IMG/VR virus record: IMGVR_UViG_3300024999_000048
Location: 57,090-121,089 of that record
Reading direction: 5' to 3' (one strand)
From: a virus
DNA: 64,000 nt
Both the position numbers and the translations under genes were made by a program. Each line of letters starts with the position of its first letter. Positions within the stretch are counted from its first letter, which is position 1. This document shows positions 17,628 through 28,229 of the stretch, one piece after another. Below the pieces are notes generated by a model that worked only from the letters and a program-made list of their open reading frames with translations, made no database searches and was not told the origin of the DNA.

Positions 17628-17906
17628 TTGAATTTTGAGATTTATTTCAATATTAAAGGAGGATTATATTATATGAAAAATAAAGAAGATACATTATTTG
17701 ACGTAACAACATTGAAGATAGGAGATATAGTCAATTATTTTTCTCATGATAATGGAAATTATTTTATTGAGCAGGGCGAGGTTAGAAGTGAAAATATCTA
17801 TAAGGATGGTGTAGAAGTTCATGGAGAAGGGTGGAGACAGTATGTAGGAAAATGGTTTATAAATAAAATTATAAGAAATGAGAAAGTAATATATGAACAA
17901 CAATAA
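17628..17906 (+). CDS. Hypothetical protein
   Basis: ORF track; likely start at MKNKE after AAAGGAGG. Confidence 0.55.
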   Translation: MNFEIYFNIKGGLYYMKNKEDTLFDVTTLKIGDIVNYFSHDNGNYFIEQGEVRSENIYKDGVEVHGEGWRQYVGKWFINKIIRNEKVIYEQQ

Positions 17907-17924
17907 TATTATAAGAATTTAAAT

Positions 17925-19784
17925 ATGAAGGAGATTAATAAAATGAGTGAAAATAAAGTTCAACTACAGGTAAATGTAATTAATCAATTAAAATTACTTC
18001 GACAAAGCACATTTAAAGACACCTTATGCTTCTTAGATGAAGATATTCAAAATGCTCAGAGAGCAAAGGCAACAGAGGTTAAAATAACAGTAGATTATTA
18101 TGAGAAAACAGTAATTATTGAAAACAATGGACAAATTTTAACCAAACCTCAAGCTCTATTTTCTATTGCTGAAAGTGAATGGGATGATGATATTAAGTCT
18201 ACAGAAAACCCCTTCGGCATGGGTTTCTTCAGTAATATTACAGTTAGTAATTTCATTCAAATATATACAGGTAATAAATTAATTACATTTGATGTGGAAA
18301 ACATGATTCAAACAAATGACACTGAAATCAAAGTTGAAAATATTGAGGATCGCTATGAGGGATTCAAATTGGTGTTAAATAATTTTGACTTTAATACTGC
18401 TTCCTCATCTAATATTCAAGAAAGAGTAAGATTATTGGGAAGATATATTCATGAGTTAGATATTTATTACAACGACACATTGCAGGAGAAAAAGGATTTA
18501 ACTCAAGGTGATGACAGTATCTATAAACTACCTATAGAAGACGCAGAAAGTTTTAAAGGTTGGATTGCACTCAACAATAATTATGGATGGGGAGATAATT
18601 TAAATATATTTTATAAAGGTAGATTAGTAACTAAACTAGAAAATACACCTTATCTAAAAGGTGATTTACATATTAGTGATAAAGCATTAAATTTAACTTC
18701 GCCAGACAGAAAAGATGTTATTAAGGATAGTAAATTTTATGATTTTAGAAATATAGTTAAGACTTATGCTGAAAAACTATGTGCGGAAACAATGCTTGAA
18801 GGTGACGAAGATGAAATTAATGAATTTACGAATGCAATTAGTTATTATGTAAACAAGAAAGAAATTAAAAATATGATTAAATTCCTTACATTTAAAAGTA
18901 ATGATAAAAATGATTTAGAATATTTAAGAGGTGTTGCCATAGCAAAAGGAAAAAATAAAGGAATTAATAATTTTAAAGATTATGAATTACACCTACGTAA
19001 AGAATCAAATCAACAAAATGAATCTAATTTTGAAGAAGTAACTATTGATGCTAAAATTAAAACTCAACCTCCAAAAGCAAAAGGAATTATAGTGCATCAA
19101 GGTAGCAGTTCTTATTCTGATGGATATGTAGAAAAACCAGAGATTAATGATAATGAAACAACTGTAAAACAAGGAGAAATTATTCTAAACAATGATCAAC
19201 CTGTATTTTATATTGGATTTTCAGAAGTTGAGAAATACGAATATAAACTCAATGTAGTAAAACACTATAATTTAAAAATAATTATTGCAAGAAATAAAAT
19301 TGAGGAAGAAATTCTTAAAAACATGAAAGATTCTGATAATGTATTACATATTTCAGAACTAATTGAAGATGTAATAATAACTGGAGTGTTATCAGATACA
19401 TCATTAAATATTAAAGAACATAGAGCATTAATGTTGTTTGATATGATTAGTAGGATGGTAGGACTATCTTATAATGCTTTTGTAATAGGTAATTTAGCCG
19501 TTACAAAAAATATAAAGGTAGAAAGTTTAGATATTAATACTCAGATTGTTGAAGATAATGTATTTGTAATTAGGAATATTGAAGCAAATAAAGTTTACGT
19601 AGATAGGAAAATTATTGATCAAACCAATTTAAGAGAAGATTTAGAAGTTAATTTGGATATTAGTGATTATAAATTTATTTTGGGCAATCTTTATAATATT
19701 GTTGAAGAACTTAGACTTTTGGAGCATAAAAATAAAGATGACTATATGAATACAATATTAAGTATTTTGGGAAGTTCAATATAA
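17925..19784 (+). CDS. GHKL (Hsp90/MutL/MORC-like) ATPase domain protein
   Basis: DEDIQNAQRA (E-x-x-Q-N-A), IENNG, PFGMGFFS. Confidence 0.7.
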   Translation: MKEINKMSENKVQLQVNVINQLKLLRQSTFKDTLCFLDEDIQNAQRAKATEVKITVDYYEKTVIIENNGQILTKPQALFSIAESEWDDDIKSTENPFGMGFFSNITVSNFIQIYTGNKLITFDVENMIQTNDTEIKVENIEDRYEGFKLVLNNFDFNTASSSNIQERVRLLGRYIHELDIYYNDTLQEKKDLTQGDDSIYKLPIEDAESFKGWIALNNNYGWGDNLNIFYKGRLVTKLENTPYLKGDLHISDKALNLTSPDRKDVIKDSKFYDFRNIVKTYAEKLCAETMLEGDEDEINEFTNAISYYVNKKEIKNMIKFLTFKSNDKNDLEYLRGVAIAKGKNKGINNFKDYELHLRKESNQQNESNFEEVTIDAKIKTQPPKAKGIIVHQGSSSYSDGYVEKPEINDNETTVKQGEIILNNDQPVFYIGFSEVEKYEYKLNVVKHYNLKIIIARNKIEEEILKNMKDSDNVLHISELIEDVIITGVLSDTSLNIKEHRALMLFDMISRMVGLSYNAFVIGNLAVTKNIKVESLDINTQIVEDNVFVIRNIEANKVYVDRKIIDQTNLREDLEVNLDISDYKFILGNLYNIVEELRLLEHKNKDDYMNTILSILGSSI

Positions 19785-19816
19785 ACGATTATAATAATTA
19801 GAAAGAAGGAAAATAA

Positions 19817-20191
19817 ATGAAAAAACAAAATGAAGATAAGTATCTCCCATACACTAAAAAAGATTTTAGAAAATATTGGTGTGATCCAGAATCTGAATTT
19901 CCAGAAATGCAAACATTTGAAGTCATCAGACCACTTACCGAAAAAGAGAAATCTGATTGGATTAAGGGAGAAGATTGTGATTATAATGAAGAAATGTATT
20001 TAATTAGAAATAATAATGGTGATGAACGTGAAGTCTTTGATGTAGAAATTCTTAATGAATATGAAATAGATTCAGAAACATGGAGATGTTGTGTGATAAA
20101 TCTATTGGAAAGTATGGAAGGTGAAAATGAAGGAATTATGGATTTTATAAGTGAATGTAAAATTGAACAATATGTTAAAAAACATTGTTAG
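19817..20191 (+). CDS. Hypothetical protein
   Basis: ORF with RBS. Confidence 0.6.
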   Translation: MKKQNEDKYLPYTKKDFRKYWCDPESEFPEMQTFEVIRPLTEKEKSDWIKGEDCDYNEEMYLIRNNNGDEREVFDVEILNEYEIDSETWRCCVINLLESMEGENEGIMDFISECKIEQYVKKHC

Positions 20192-20471
20192 AAAGAAGGA
20201 AATAAATATGTTAACACAAATTATCAAAGATGAAATTGAAACTATAATTCAAGAAAAAGGATTGGAGCAAATCATCAAAGATATTGTTCAAAAGAAAATG
20301 TCTAATGAAAATATTCAAAAGATAATTGAAATGGAAATTGACAAATTATTGCCAGAAGCAATTGCAGAAAGTGTTAGATATCAGCTCGTAGACGATGGAG
20401 AAGTAAATTACATGGTTCATGAAAGATTAAAAGAAATGGTTAAAAATAAGATTTCTGATTGGAAATTATAG
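20151..20471 (+). CDS. Hypothetical protein
   Basis: ORF track; likely start at MLTQ after AAGGA. Confidence 0.55.
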   Translation: MNVKLNNMLKNIVRKKEINMLTQIIKDEIETIIQEKGLEQIIKDIVQKKMSNENIQKIIEMEIDKLLPEAIAESVRYQLVDDGEVNYMVHERLKEMVKNKISDWKL

Positions 20472-20492
20472 AAAGGGAAGTGAGATTAAAAA

Positions 20493-20663
20493 ATGAGAGA
20501 TATAAATAGAATTGATGAAATCATTGAAGCATTGCGTGATTGTTGGAAACAATATCCTGATTTAAGATTAGGACAATTGATTTATAATCTTAATAAATCT
20601 GGAAATAGAGATATATTTTATCCAGAAGATGATATGTGGTTACAATGGATTAAGGGAGGATAA
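20493..20663 (+). CDS. Small phage protein, 56 aa (not in ORF track)
   Basis: MRDINRIDEIIEALRDCWKQYPDLRLGQLI, a recurrent small phage family; RBS AAAGGGAAG. Confidence 0.65.
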   Translation: MRDINRIDEIIEALRDCWKQYPDLRLGQLIYNLNKSGNRDIFYPEDDMWLQWIKGG

Positions 20664-21320
20664 TTGAATATGAAGAAATTCACTATCCTCTTGGTTGTTG
20701 GAGCTTTATTCACAGCAAATATTTATATGAAATATCATAACTTATCTGTACCAAAACCCATACCAACAGAACAAGTGCAACTAAGAGATTATCAAAAAGA
20801 TATTGAAAGAACAGCAGAATTAAAGAAAATGCAAGACCCAACTATAATTCAAAATGAAATAAGAAAGGTAGGTGAAATCACTTCATTAAAAAGTAAATAT
20901 AATTATTTTAGCAAAATAACTAATAAGGATAAGTTCTTTGATAAAATCACATTAAGAGAAATTACATTGAATTTTGAATATAATTTTGGAATTGGAGTCA
21001 GTAGTCTTGAATACATAAAAGTAACTAAAATTGAAAATGGGAAAGTTTATATATCTATCCCAAAAAATCGAATCCAACTTATTTATATAGAGCAAAATAT
21101 GCAGAACTCAAGAATTATAAATGAAGACAACATGTTTATGTTTGATCAATTTAGTCCTTCTGACACTCAAATATTATCTGCACAAGCACAGAAAAATGTT
21201 GTTAATGCAATTGGTAAAGATAAGAAATTGTTTAATGATGCAATGGTTAATTTGCAAGAAGTGGTAGAGGTGTTGGTTATTAGTTTAGGGTATGAGCAAG
21301 TTGTTTTTAATGTTATTTAA
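20664..21320 (+). CDS. DUF4230-like exported protein
   Basis: N-terminal TM, EIRKVGEITSL, final SLGYEQV. Confidence 0.55.
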   Translation: MNMKKFTILLVVGALFTANIYMKYHNLSVPKPIPTEQVQLRDYQKDIERTAELKKMQDPTIIQNEIRKVGEITSLKSKYNYFSKITNKDKFFDKITLREITLNFEYNFGIGVSSLEYIKVTKIENGKVYISIPKNRIQLIYIEQNMQNSRIINEDNMFMFDQFSPSDTQILSAQAQKNVVNAIGKDKKLFNDAMVNLQEVVEVLVISLGYEQVVFNVI

Positions 21321-21338
21321 GAGAAAGAGGGATATTAA

Positions 21339-21533
21339 ATGAAAGAATTTAAATTAATCCAATATAAAGAATGTCCATCATGTGGATTCAATATTAAACC
21401 AGAAGTTAAACATGCATATGATAATAATTGGTGTCCTCATTGTGGTTTTGGTTATAAAGAAACAATTCAAAGAAAAGAACCAGAATATTTTAGTAGTGGA
21501 TATGATAAAGCTGTTAGAAGTGGATTGCTGTAA
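21339..21533 (+). CDS. Zn-ribbon protein
   Basis: CPSC...CPHC. Confidence 0.6.
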   Translation: MKEFKLIQYKECPSCGFNIKPEVKHAYDNNWCPHCGFGYKETIQRKEPEYFSSGYDKAVRSGLL

Positions 21534-21549
21534 TTAGGAGTGATTAATT

Positions 21550-21795
21550 ATGTGCTATGGAACATGTTCTTTTGAAGAATACATGGGCGAATGCGGTGTC
21601 TATGGAATTAGTAATCAAATAAAATTTGAGTTAGGTTTTACTCCTTGTTTTATTGGTGGATATGTGACCTGTAAAGAAGAAGATGAATATTATCAAGGAT
21701 TATTAAAAGAAGGTAAAATTAAAGAGTTGAACAAAAAAGTATGGAATATGAGATTCCATGTAAAGGTTTCTAGTGCAGGATTTATGAATATTTGA
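21550..21795 (+). CDS. Hypothetical protein
   Basis: AGGAGTG RBS. Confidence 0.55.
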   Translation: MCYGTCSFEEYMGECGVYGISNQIKFELGFTPCFIGGYVTCKEEDEYYQGLLKEGKIKELNKKVWNMRFHVKVSSAGFMNI

Positions 21796-21809
21796 AAGTA
21801 TAAGGGAGG

Positions 21810-21902
21810 TTACTTAGTTAAATAATAAATCAATATGCCTATAAATGGGGTAGCAATAATTATTAAACCTAGAATTATAATCACAATTCTTCTAATGTTC
21901 AT
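21810..21902 (-). CDS. 30-aa hydrophobic peptide, type I toxin-like (not in ORF track)
   Basis: MNIRRIVIIILGLIIIATPFIGILIYYLTK; AAGGAAGGT RBS about 8 nt upstream on the minus strand. Confidence 0.6.
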   Translation of the reverse strand: MNIRRIVIIILGLIIIATPFIGILIYYLTK

Positions 21903-21930
21903 AATATCATACCTTCCTTGTTTTTCTAAT

Positions 21931-21959
21931 TAAAAAGACCCTGCCATAAAAGCAAGGTT
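21931..21959 (-). terminator. Hairpin with U-run upstream of the small minus-strand ORF
   Basis: Minus strand AACCTTGC-TTTTATG-GCAGGGTC-TTTTT. Confidence 0.5.
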
Positions 21960-22040
21960 AGATTTAGGACGAGAATGAATTTAGTACGAGATTATCATGT
22001 CCATGGTTAAGGATAATTATGTAGTAAGGAGAGTTAAATT

Positions 22041-22247
22041 ATGAAATGTGTATTGGATAAATGCCCTAGTATATTTGAATCAGATGGTAAGAATTGGTGT
22101 AATGTATTAAGCTATTATGTTTGGAATGATAACGAGTGTAAATTGCCTGATAAAATAAGAGAAATTAGAGATGAATTATTAAGAAAATGTGAATTATTAG
22201 AAACTATTTTAGAGGTTGATAACAACAAAATAGATGAAACTGTATGA
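22041..22247 (+). CDS. Hypothetical protein
   Basis: AAGGAG RBS. Confidence 0.55.
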   Translation: MKCVLDKCPSIFESDGKNWCNVLSYYVWNDNECKLPDKIREIRDELLRKCELLETILEVDNNKIDETV

Positions 22248-22429
22248 TAAAATTAGACCCGAATAATTGGCAAGATGCAGAATATTGGTTTGAAGATGAG
22301 GAAGAGGTATTTGAGTTTATGAGGGAAAATGAAGATATGATTGTGAAATATTCTTTAGAAAATGGAATGACGATTAGGGATGGAATTAGGTATTTATTTA
22401 AGGTGAGAGATTAGAGGAGGTAAAAGTTA

Positions 22430-22804
22430 ATGAACAATGTGAAACAGTATAAATGTCCAGAATGTAATAAATATGAAGATGCAAAATCATGGGATGAAGA
22501 AACATTAAAACACTATGACGAAGATGAAGACATTACATCTATTGAAGATGATAAAAACGGGTGTTATTTTTATTGTCCAAATTGTAAACTAGATATTGAT
22601 GGAAAGAATATAGAAACTGATGAAGAATTAATAAAACCATTAAATATTATTAAGGAAAAGATTGAAGAGGTATTGATGGAATATATGGATGGGACTTATA
22701 AAGGATTTGATGGAGGTAATTTAATAGACGATATTGATGTTTGCTCATTAAGGGATGATTTAATTAAATTATTCCAAGAAATAAACAAGGAGGTATATAA
22801 ATGA
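22430..22804 (+). CDS. Zn-ribbon hypothetical protein
   Basis: CPEC and CPNC; GAGGAGG RBS. Confidence 0.6.
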   Translation: MNNVKQYKCPECNKYEDAKSWDEETLKHYDEDEDITSIEDDKNGCYFYCPNCKLDIDGKNIETDEELIKPLNIIKEKIEEVLMEYMDGTYKGFDGGNLIDDIDVCSLRDDLIKLFQEINKEVYK

Positions 22805-22953
22805 TATTGATTCATTACACAGAACATTTTAGCCAAGACAGTCCAGATAAATATGTGTTCTATTCATATAAAGAATTCTTCAAGTTTTGGGAAAAGAATT
22901 TAAGAAATGGAAATATTAGATTAATAAGTCATAGTGAAATGGAGGAAAAATAA

Positions 22954-23175
22954 ATGAGTATTAAACCATTAATTGAATTAATAACTTGTGAATCAGGAGA
23001 TTTTGAAGTATTACAAGTAAATTTGGGTGAAGATTTCTTTTGTGAAGGACATAGAATTTCTAATCAAGATTGGATTAGATTGTTAAAGGAATTAGGTTAT
23101 CCAGTTACTAAGAAATGTTTGTCAGATGAAAATATGGAATATGGTGATTATAACGTGGAAGGGATTAATGAATAA
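22954..23175 (+). CDS. Hypothetical protein
   Basis: GGAGGA RBS. Confidence 0.6.
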   Translation: MSIKPLIELITCESGDFEVLQVNLGEDFFCEGHRISNQDWIRLLKELGYPVTKKCLSDENMEYGDYNVEGINE

Positions 23176-23421
23176 ATGATTAGTATAGAAGAATTTGAGA
23201 CTAATATGGTTTATAGACACTTTAAAGGTAATTATTATTATGTGATGGACTTAGCAGAGAACACAGAAACAAATGAATTGATGGTTGTATATCATGCTTT
23301 ATATGGTGATTATGAATGTTATGTAAGGCCATTTGCAATGTTTGTAGAAGAATTAGGTGATGTAGAAAAATTGTTATATAAGCAAGAATATAGATTTGTG
23401 CCTGTAACTATGAGTAAATAA
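23176..23421 (+). CDS. DUF1653-family protein
   Basis: YRHFKGNYY, ETNELMVVYHALYG, VRPFAMF, YRF. Confidence 0.85.
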   Translation: MISIEEFETNMVYRHFKGNYYYVMDLAENTETNELMVVYHALYGDYECYVRPFAMFVEELGDVEKLLYKQEYRFVPVTMSK

Positions 23422-23458
23422 AAGAGAAGTTTTATTCTAATTAAGAAAGGTAAAACAT

Positions 23459-23722
23459 ATGAATGTAAATCTATTTGATTTATCTAAAGCAGAAATAGTA
23501 AAACCCATTATTCATAAAAATAATGGTACACTTCGAGACGTAGGCAGTTCAGTATTAAGACATCCAAAGACTAAGGTATATTTAATTTATGAATTCAATT
23601 TTGATAATCAAGATATGGTAGTTATTATTGTGGAATATTGGGTTGGAATACGTGGAGAATATTCTAGAGAAATGTTGGTGGTGGATAGGAATTGTATTAA
23701 GAAAATTCCTAACAAATTGTGA
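23459..23722 (+). CDS. Hypothetical protein
   Basis: ORF with RBS. Confidence 0.55.
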   Translation: MNVNLFDLSKAEIVKPIIHKNNGTLRDVGSSVLRHPKTKVYLIYEFNFDNQDMVVIIVEYWVGIRGEYSREMLVVDRNCIKKIPNKL

Positions 23723-24180
23723 ATTTATTCTATGCGGAAGGATTAGATATGGATGAATTTGAAAAACTAAAATATGATGGCGATTATCACACTTATGGAT
23801 ATTTTAAAACTCATAAACTTAAAAATAGTCAGACAATAGGGATATATTTTTGGAAACATGAGCAAAGCAAATCTAATGATTATGTAATATTATTAGCAAT
23901 TGCAAATAAAAAGAAGCATCTCAGGCAATTAATATTAGGTGAAAAAGATATATTAACCGATCATGAAACTGGCAAATGTGGATTAGAAGGGTTGCTATGG
24001 GCAAAGAAACAGATAGTTGAATTTGAGAAGTCTAATTGTTGTAAAGATGGAGATTTTATTAGTGTTTATTGGACTGATAATAGAAGAAGAGATGTTTATG
24101 AATATGGATTGAGAAAAATGGGATTTGTGGTTGGGTATCGGGACGGTAGGAAATGTTTGAGTAAGAGAGTAGTAAAATAA
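23719..24180 (+). CDS. Hypothetical protein (possible GNAT-like fold)
   Basis: TGKCGLEGLLWAK, WTDNRRRDVY..LRKMGF. Confidence 0.5.
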   Translation: MNLFYAEGLDMDEFEKLKYDGDYHTYGYFKTHKLKNSQTIGIYFWKHEQSKSNDYVILLAIANKKKHLRQLILGEKDILTDHETGKCGLEGLLWAKKQIVEFEKSNCCKDGDFISVYWTDNRRRDVYEYGLRKMGFVVGYRDGRKCLSKRVVK

Positions 24181-24198
24181 AGAAAGAGGTAATTAATA

Positions 24199-24405
24199 AT
24201 GAATGAAATGAGTGAAACTATTAAAGAAAAATTAGATAAAGATCCAGGTTATCAAGCGTTTAGTAATTTGATGGATATGGTATTTGAGATTGCTGATGAA
24301 TTGCATAATAAAATTGAATTAACTAATGTTGAATATGAATTTATTGATGCTTTCGATGAATACATTGCTTCTATGATAGATGAAGAAGAGGATACTGTAG
24401 AATAG
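24199..24405 (+). CDS. Acidic hypothetical protein
   Basis: AAGAGGT RBS. Confidence 0.55.
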   Translation: MNEMSETIKEKLDKDPGYQAFSNLMDMVFEIADELHNKIELTNVEYEFIDAFDEYIASMIDEEEDTVE

Positions 24406-24412
24406 AAATTAG

Positions 24413-24466
24413 TTTTATAAATTATAAAATAAATATTTGACAATATGGGTTCGGATGTAGTATAAT
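24413..24466 (+). promoter_or_regulatory. SigA promoter of ligA with conserved upstream AT box
   Basis: TTTTATAAATTATAAAATAAATAT, TTGACA (24437), 18 nt, TATAAT (24461). Confidence 0.75.
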
Positions 24467-24519
24467 GTTAGTAGAGATGCAAATGAATCCATATTAATTT
24501 AAGAAAGAAGGAATAAGAA

Positions 24520-26487
24520 ATGAATAACATTAATCGCATACAAGAGTTAACCAATCAACTCAATATAGCCTGTAACGCCTATTACAACCTAAATAAACCC
24601 ATTATGGAGAATCGTGAGTACAATCTATTGTTTGAAGAATTAGAGTCCTTAGAGCAAGCATCAGGAGTAATCCTAAGTGATTCACCTACACAAAGAGCCG
24701 GATACAAAGTAGTATCAGATTTGCCAAAAGTAAAACATGAAATTCCTTTATTGTCATTAGATAAGGAAAAAGAAATACCTAAACTAGAAAAATGGTTGGG
24801 AAATAAACAAGGTGTATTGATGCTCAAGATGGATGGAGGAACTGGGGCCACACATTATAAGAAGACATTTAAACAATTAGTTACCAGAGGAGATTCAGAA
24901 ACAAATATTGGTGAGGATATTTCTCATAACGTACATAGCATAAAAAATATTCCATTAAGTATTGATGATAATAATAAAATTATAATTGTTGGTGAAAACT
25001 TTATGAAATATTCATCATTTAATGAAATTAATTCAAGAATACTAAACCCTGATGATAAATATGCAAATCCCCGAAATCTAGCTAATGGTTCTGTAGGATT
25101 GTTAGACAGTAAAATATGTAAGAATCGAAATATAGAATTTTGTGCATTCAATATTATTAAAGGAAATAAGTTTAAAACAAAACAAGAACAATTAGAGTGG
25201 TTGAAATCTCAAGGATTTTATACTGTACAATATTGGATGGTTACAAAGGATAATCTTAAGGAAATGATTGAACAGATTATTGAAGACATTCCTACTTTTG
25301 ACTTCCCGATTGACGGCCTAGTTTTATCTTTTGATGATATAGAATATGGATTATCTTTAGGTCAGGTAGCTAGATTTCCTAAACATTCAATTTCTTTCAA
25401 GTTTGAGGATTCATGGTTCAAAACTAAATATCTATATACCGAGTGGAATACAAGTAGACTTGGTAGGATTATTGGAACTGGAGTTTTTCAACCTATCAAT
25501 ATTGAAGGATCTGAAATAGCAAGAGCGACAACTCATAATTTAGACATATTTAGGAATTTAAAACTTGGTAAGGATGATATCATTGAAATTTCAAAACGCA
25601 ATAAAATTATTCCTGCTATTGAAAATAATATTACTAGAAGCAATACTGAGCAATTACCTACAGAATGTCCAACATGTAAAGGCGAAGTAGAAATAAGATT
25701 AGAAGCAAAAACCAATAACTTGTATTGTATTAATCCTAATTGTGAAGCAAAATTAACTCAGAAACTAAAATATTTTGTGAGCAAGCAATGTTTTAATATT
25801 TCAGACTTAGGAGAAGCGACTCTAGAAGCATTTATTGATAATGGATTTATTGAGAATTATATGGATATTTTCAAACTAGAAAGATACAAGAAAGAAATTG
25901 TGAAGATGAATGGATTTGGGGTTAAATCCTTCAATAAATTAATGATTGCTCTAGAAAATGCAAAACAAATTAGTATGACATCACTAATTGCATCTCTTGG
26001 TATAAAAAATGTAGGATTTGGATCATCAAAGAGACTTACGAAACATTTTAATAATGACATTGGTTTATTTTTAGAAGCAACAAAATCATATAGAAATTTT
26101 GTAAATATTGATGATTTTGGAGATATTACTGCCAATTCAATTTGTGATTATTTCCAAGATGAAGAGAATATGAAAATGTTTTTGGAATTATTGGAATGTG
26201 TGAATATCAAAAAAGAAGAAAAGAAGGAGGATAAAGGTATGAATAGTCTTGAAGGAAAAACATTTGTGGTAACTGGGAAGGTGACTACTTTCAAAAATAG
26301 GGATGAAGTAGGAGAACTAATAACTTCTCTTGGTGGGATATTATCAGGTTCAGTAAGCAAAAATACTTCTTATCTTTTGAATAATGATGTGACATCTACA
26401 TCTGGGAAAAATAAAAGAGCTCAAGATTTAGGTGTTGAAATTATCAGTGAACAACAATTCAATGAAATGATAGGGAGAGTAGTGTAA
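24520..26487 (+). CDS. ligA: NAD-dependent DNA ligase
   Basis: KMDG adenylation motif, NPRN, PIDGLV, ATTHN, CPTC Zn finger, C-terminal BRCT. Confidence 0.95.
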   Translation: MNNINRIQELTNQLNIACNAYYNLNKPIMENREYNLLFEELESLEQASGVILSDSPTQRAGYKVVSDLPKVKHEIPLLSLDKEKEIPKLEKWLGNKQGVLMLKMDGGTGATHYKKTFKQLVTRGDSETNIGEDISHNVHSIKNIPLSIDDNNKIIIVGENFMKYSSFNEINSRILNPDDKYANPRNLANGSVGLLDSKICKNRNIEFCAFNIIKGNKFKTKQEQLEWLKSQGFYTVQYWMVTKDNLKEMIEQIIEDIPTFDFPIDGLVLSFDDIEYGLSLGQVARFPKHSISFKFEDSWFKTKYLYTEWNTSRLGRIIGTGVFQPINIEGSEIARATTHNLDIFRNLKLGKDDIIEISKRNKIIPAIENNITRSNTEQLPTECPTCKGEVEIRLEAKTNNLYCINPNCEAKLTQKLKYFVSKQCFNISDLGEATLEAFIDNGFIENYMDIFKLERYKKEIVKMNGFGVKSFNKLMIALENAKQISMTSLIASLGIKNVGFGSSKRLTKHFNNDIGLFLEATKSYRNFVNIDDFGDITANSICDYFQDEENMKMFLELLECVNIKKEEKKEDKGMNSLEGKTFVVTGKVTTFKNRDEVGELITSLGGILSGSVSKNTSYLLNNDVTSTSGKNKRAQDLGVEIISEQQFNEMIGRVV

Positions 26488-26729
26488 TCTATTCTTCCTC
26501 AATTCAAATATCGAATTCGAGGGATATGTTGAAAATGAGTTGATTAAAAATGAGTTTCTGGATAGATGAAGGATTAATAGGTTCTATATGTAAAAAATGT
26601 GATCGTTGTATATTTTATGATTGGTATTTATGTGAATTTGCACCAAACGATAAGAATGAAGATGGGGCATTATCTCTTCCGATTTTAGAGTGTGAAAATT
26701 TTAAATTAAGAAAGGAAGCATAAAACAAT

Positions 26730-26966
26730 ATGAACACTAAATGGGTTGATTTTATAATTTTAGATTTAACATGGGATGAAGAAACTATTTTTACTAAAGA
26801 ATATTTTGAGGAATATGTTAATGATAAATTTGTTGCAGTTAAATTAAATGAAGATGGTAAACCTTTATATATTTGGACAGAAAAATATTGTTTTACAATT
26901 ACTACATTTAAAAAGATAGTAATAGGTAGTCCTGCTATGATTGGAATACCCAGAAATCCAGAGTAA
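26730..26966 (+). CDS. Hypothetical protein
   Basis: ORF with RBS. Confidence 0.55.
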   Translation: MNTKWVDFIILDLTWDEETIFTKEYFEEYVNDKFVAVKLNEDGKPLYIWTEKYCFTITTFKKIVIGSPAMIGIPRNPE

Positions 26967-27013
26967 GGGTAATACCAAGAAATACCAATTTGCTAGGATA
27001 AGGAGATTATAAA

Positions 27014-27223
27014 ATGGATTTTGAAAATATGACGAAAGATGAATTATTAGAAGTTTTAAAAGAAAGTTATATGAAATTAGTTCATCTTATACCATATAGT
27101 CCAACTTTTAAAGTCGGGAACTACTACAGATGTGCACAAACAGGAGACGATGAGATAAAAATATATGGAGATGTTATTTTATATTTAACTTTTGAAGAGA
27201 CAGATAAATATTTTAGGAAGTAG
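27014..27223 (+). CDS. Hypothetical protein
   Basis: AAGGAG RBS. Confidence 0.55.
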   Translation: MDFENMTKDELLEVLKESYMKLVHLIPYSPTFKVGNYYRCAQTGDDEIKIYGDVILYLTFEETDKYFRK

Positions 27224-27718
27224 GATAAATTATTAATTAATTTAAGAGTAAGAAAGGAGGACATATTATGCATAAATTTACTGATGAAGATATGAAGAAA
27301 TATACTTTAATGAAAGTTAATGATAAAAAAGGATGTACAATGTGTTATAACCAAACAGAGCATATTGACTATATTTGCGAAGACAGAATGTGTGGTACGG
27401 AATGTTCAGAAATGTTTTTATGCACAAATGAATAAATGTGAATAAAATTGTTTAATTTAGAAAGGAAGCGTAAAAGAATATGATTAAATATTATTGGAAA
27501 GTTATTATGAGAAATGGAAATGGTTATTATATTGAATCTGAAGTTAATAATATTGAAGAACTTATTAAAAATAGTTTTAATAAGTTTCTCAAGATAGTTT
27601 TGCTGTATTTAATTTACATAGTTACAACTCTATAACGCAAGAAAATAAAATATTAATTAGATATTCTGAAATTTCAGAGATACTATGGAATGGAAAGTAG
27701 AAAAGAAAGGATGATAAA

Positions 27719-27994
27719 ATGAAAAAACTAACCCTGTTAGGTTTATTGTTATGTGTCTCTATAGGTTTAGTAGGATGTGATTCAAATGCAAAATTTGTAA
27801 AAGATGATAATAAAAAGTTAATTAATATTTCTGGATTACTTAGCTACGACATTGATACTAGAATAATTTATTATTATTTTAAAGATTCTGCTGGAAACGC
27901 AGGTTATGGATTTATGTCTCCTTACATATCTGAAAACGGATACTTTTGTAAATATGATGTAAATGAAAGAAAAATAATTGAATTGAAGAAATAG
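27719..27994 (+). CDS. Lipoprotein
   Basis: Lipobox LVGC after a hydrophobic signal. Confidence 0.7.
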   Translation: MKKLTLLGLLLCVSIGLVGCDSNAKFVKDDNKKLINISGLLSYDIDTRIIYYYFKDSAGNAGYGFMSPYISENGYFCKYDVNERKIIELKK

Positions 27995-28039
27995 GATCAA
28001 TGGATTATTTGAATTAAAGAAAGAAAGGAAGTAATTTAA

Positions 28040-28195
28040 ATGGGATTTTGTAAATACGTAGAATGCATAATTACTCAAGATTACATTTGTTGTTTGGAAT
28101 GTGATAAATTGCAAGAATGTAAAAATAAATGTTATTGTTGTAATGCGATAGATGTATACGATCATCCAGGAGATTGTAGTGAATATTCAAAATAA
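28040..28195 (+). CDS. 51-aa Cys-rich protein (not in ORF track)
   Basis: MGFCKYVECIITQDYICCLECDKLQECKNKCYCCNAIDVYDHPGDCSEYSK; AAAGGA RBS. Confidence 0.55.
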   Translation: MGFCKYVECIITQDYICCLECDKLQECKNKCYCCNAIDVYDHPGDCSEYSK

Positions 28196-28229
28196 AATTA
28201 AAATACAATAAATTTAGGAGGAATAAAAT

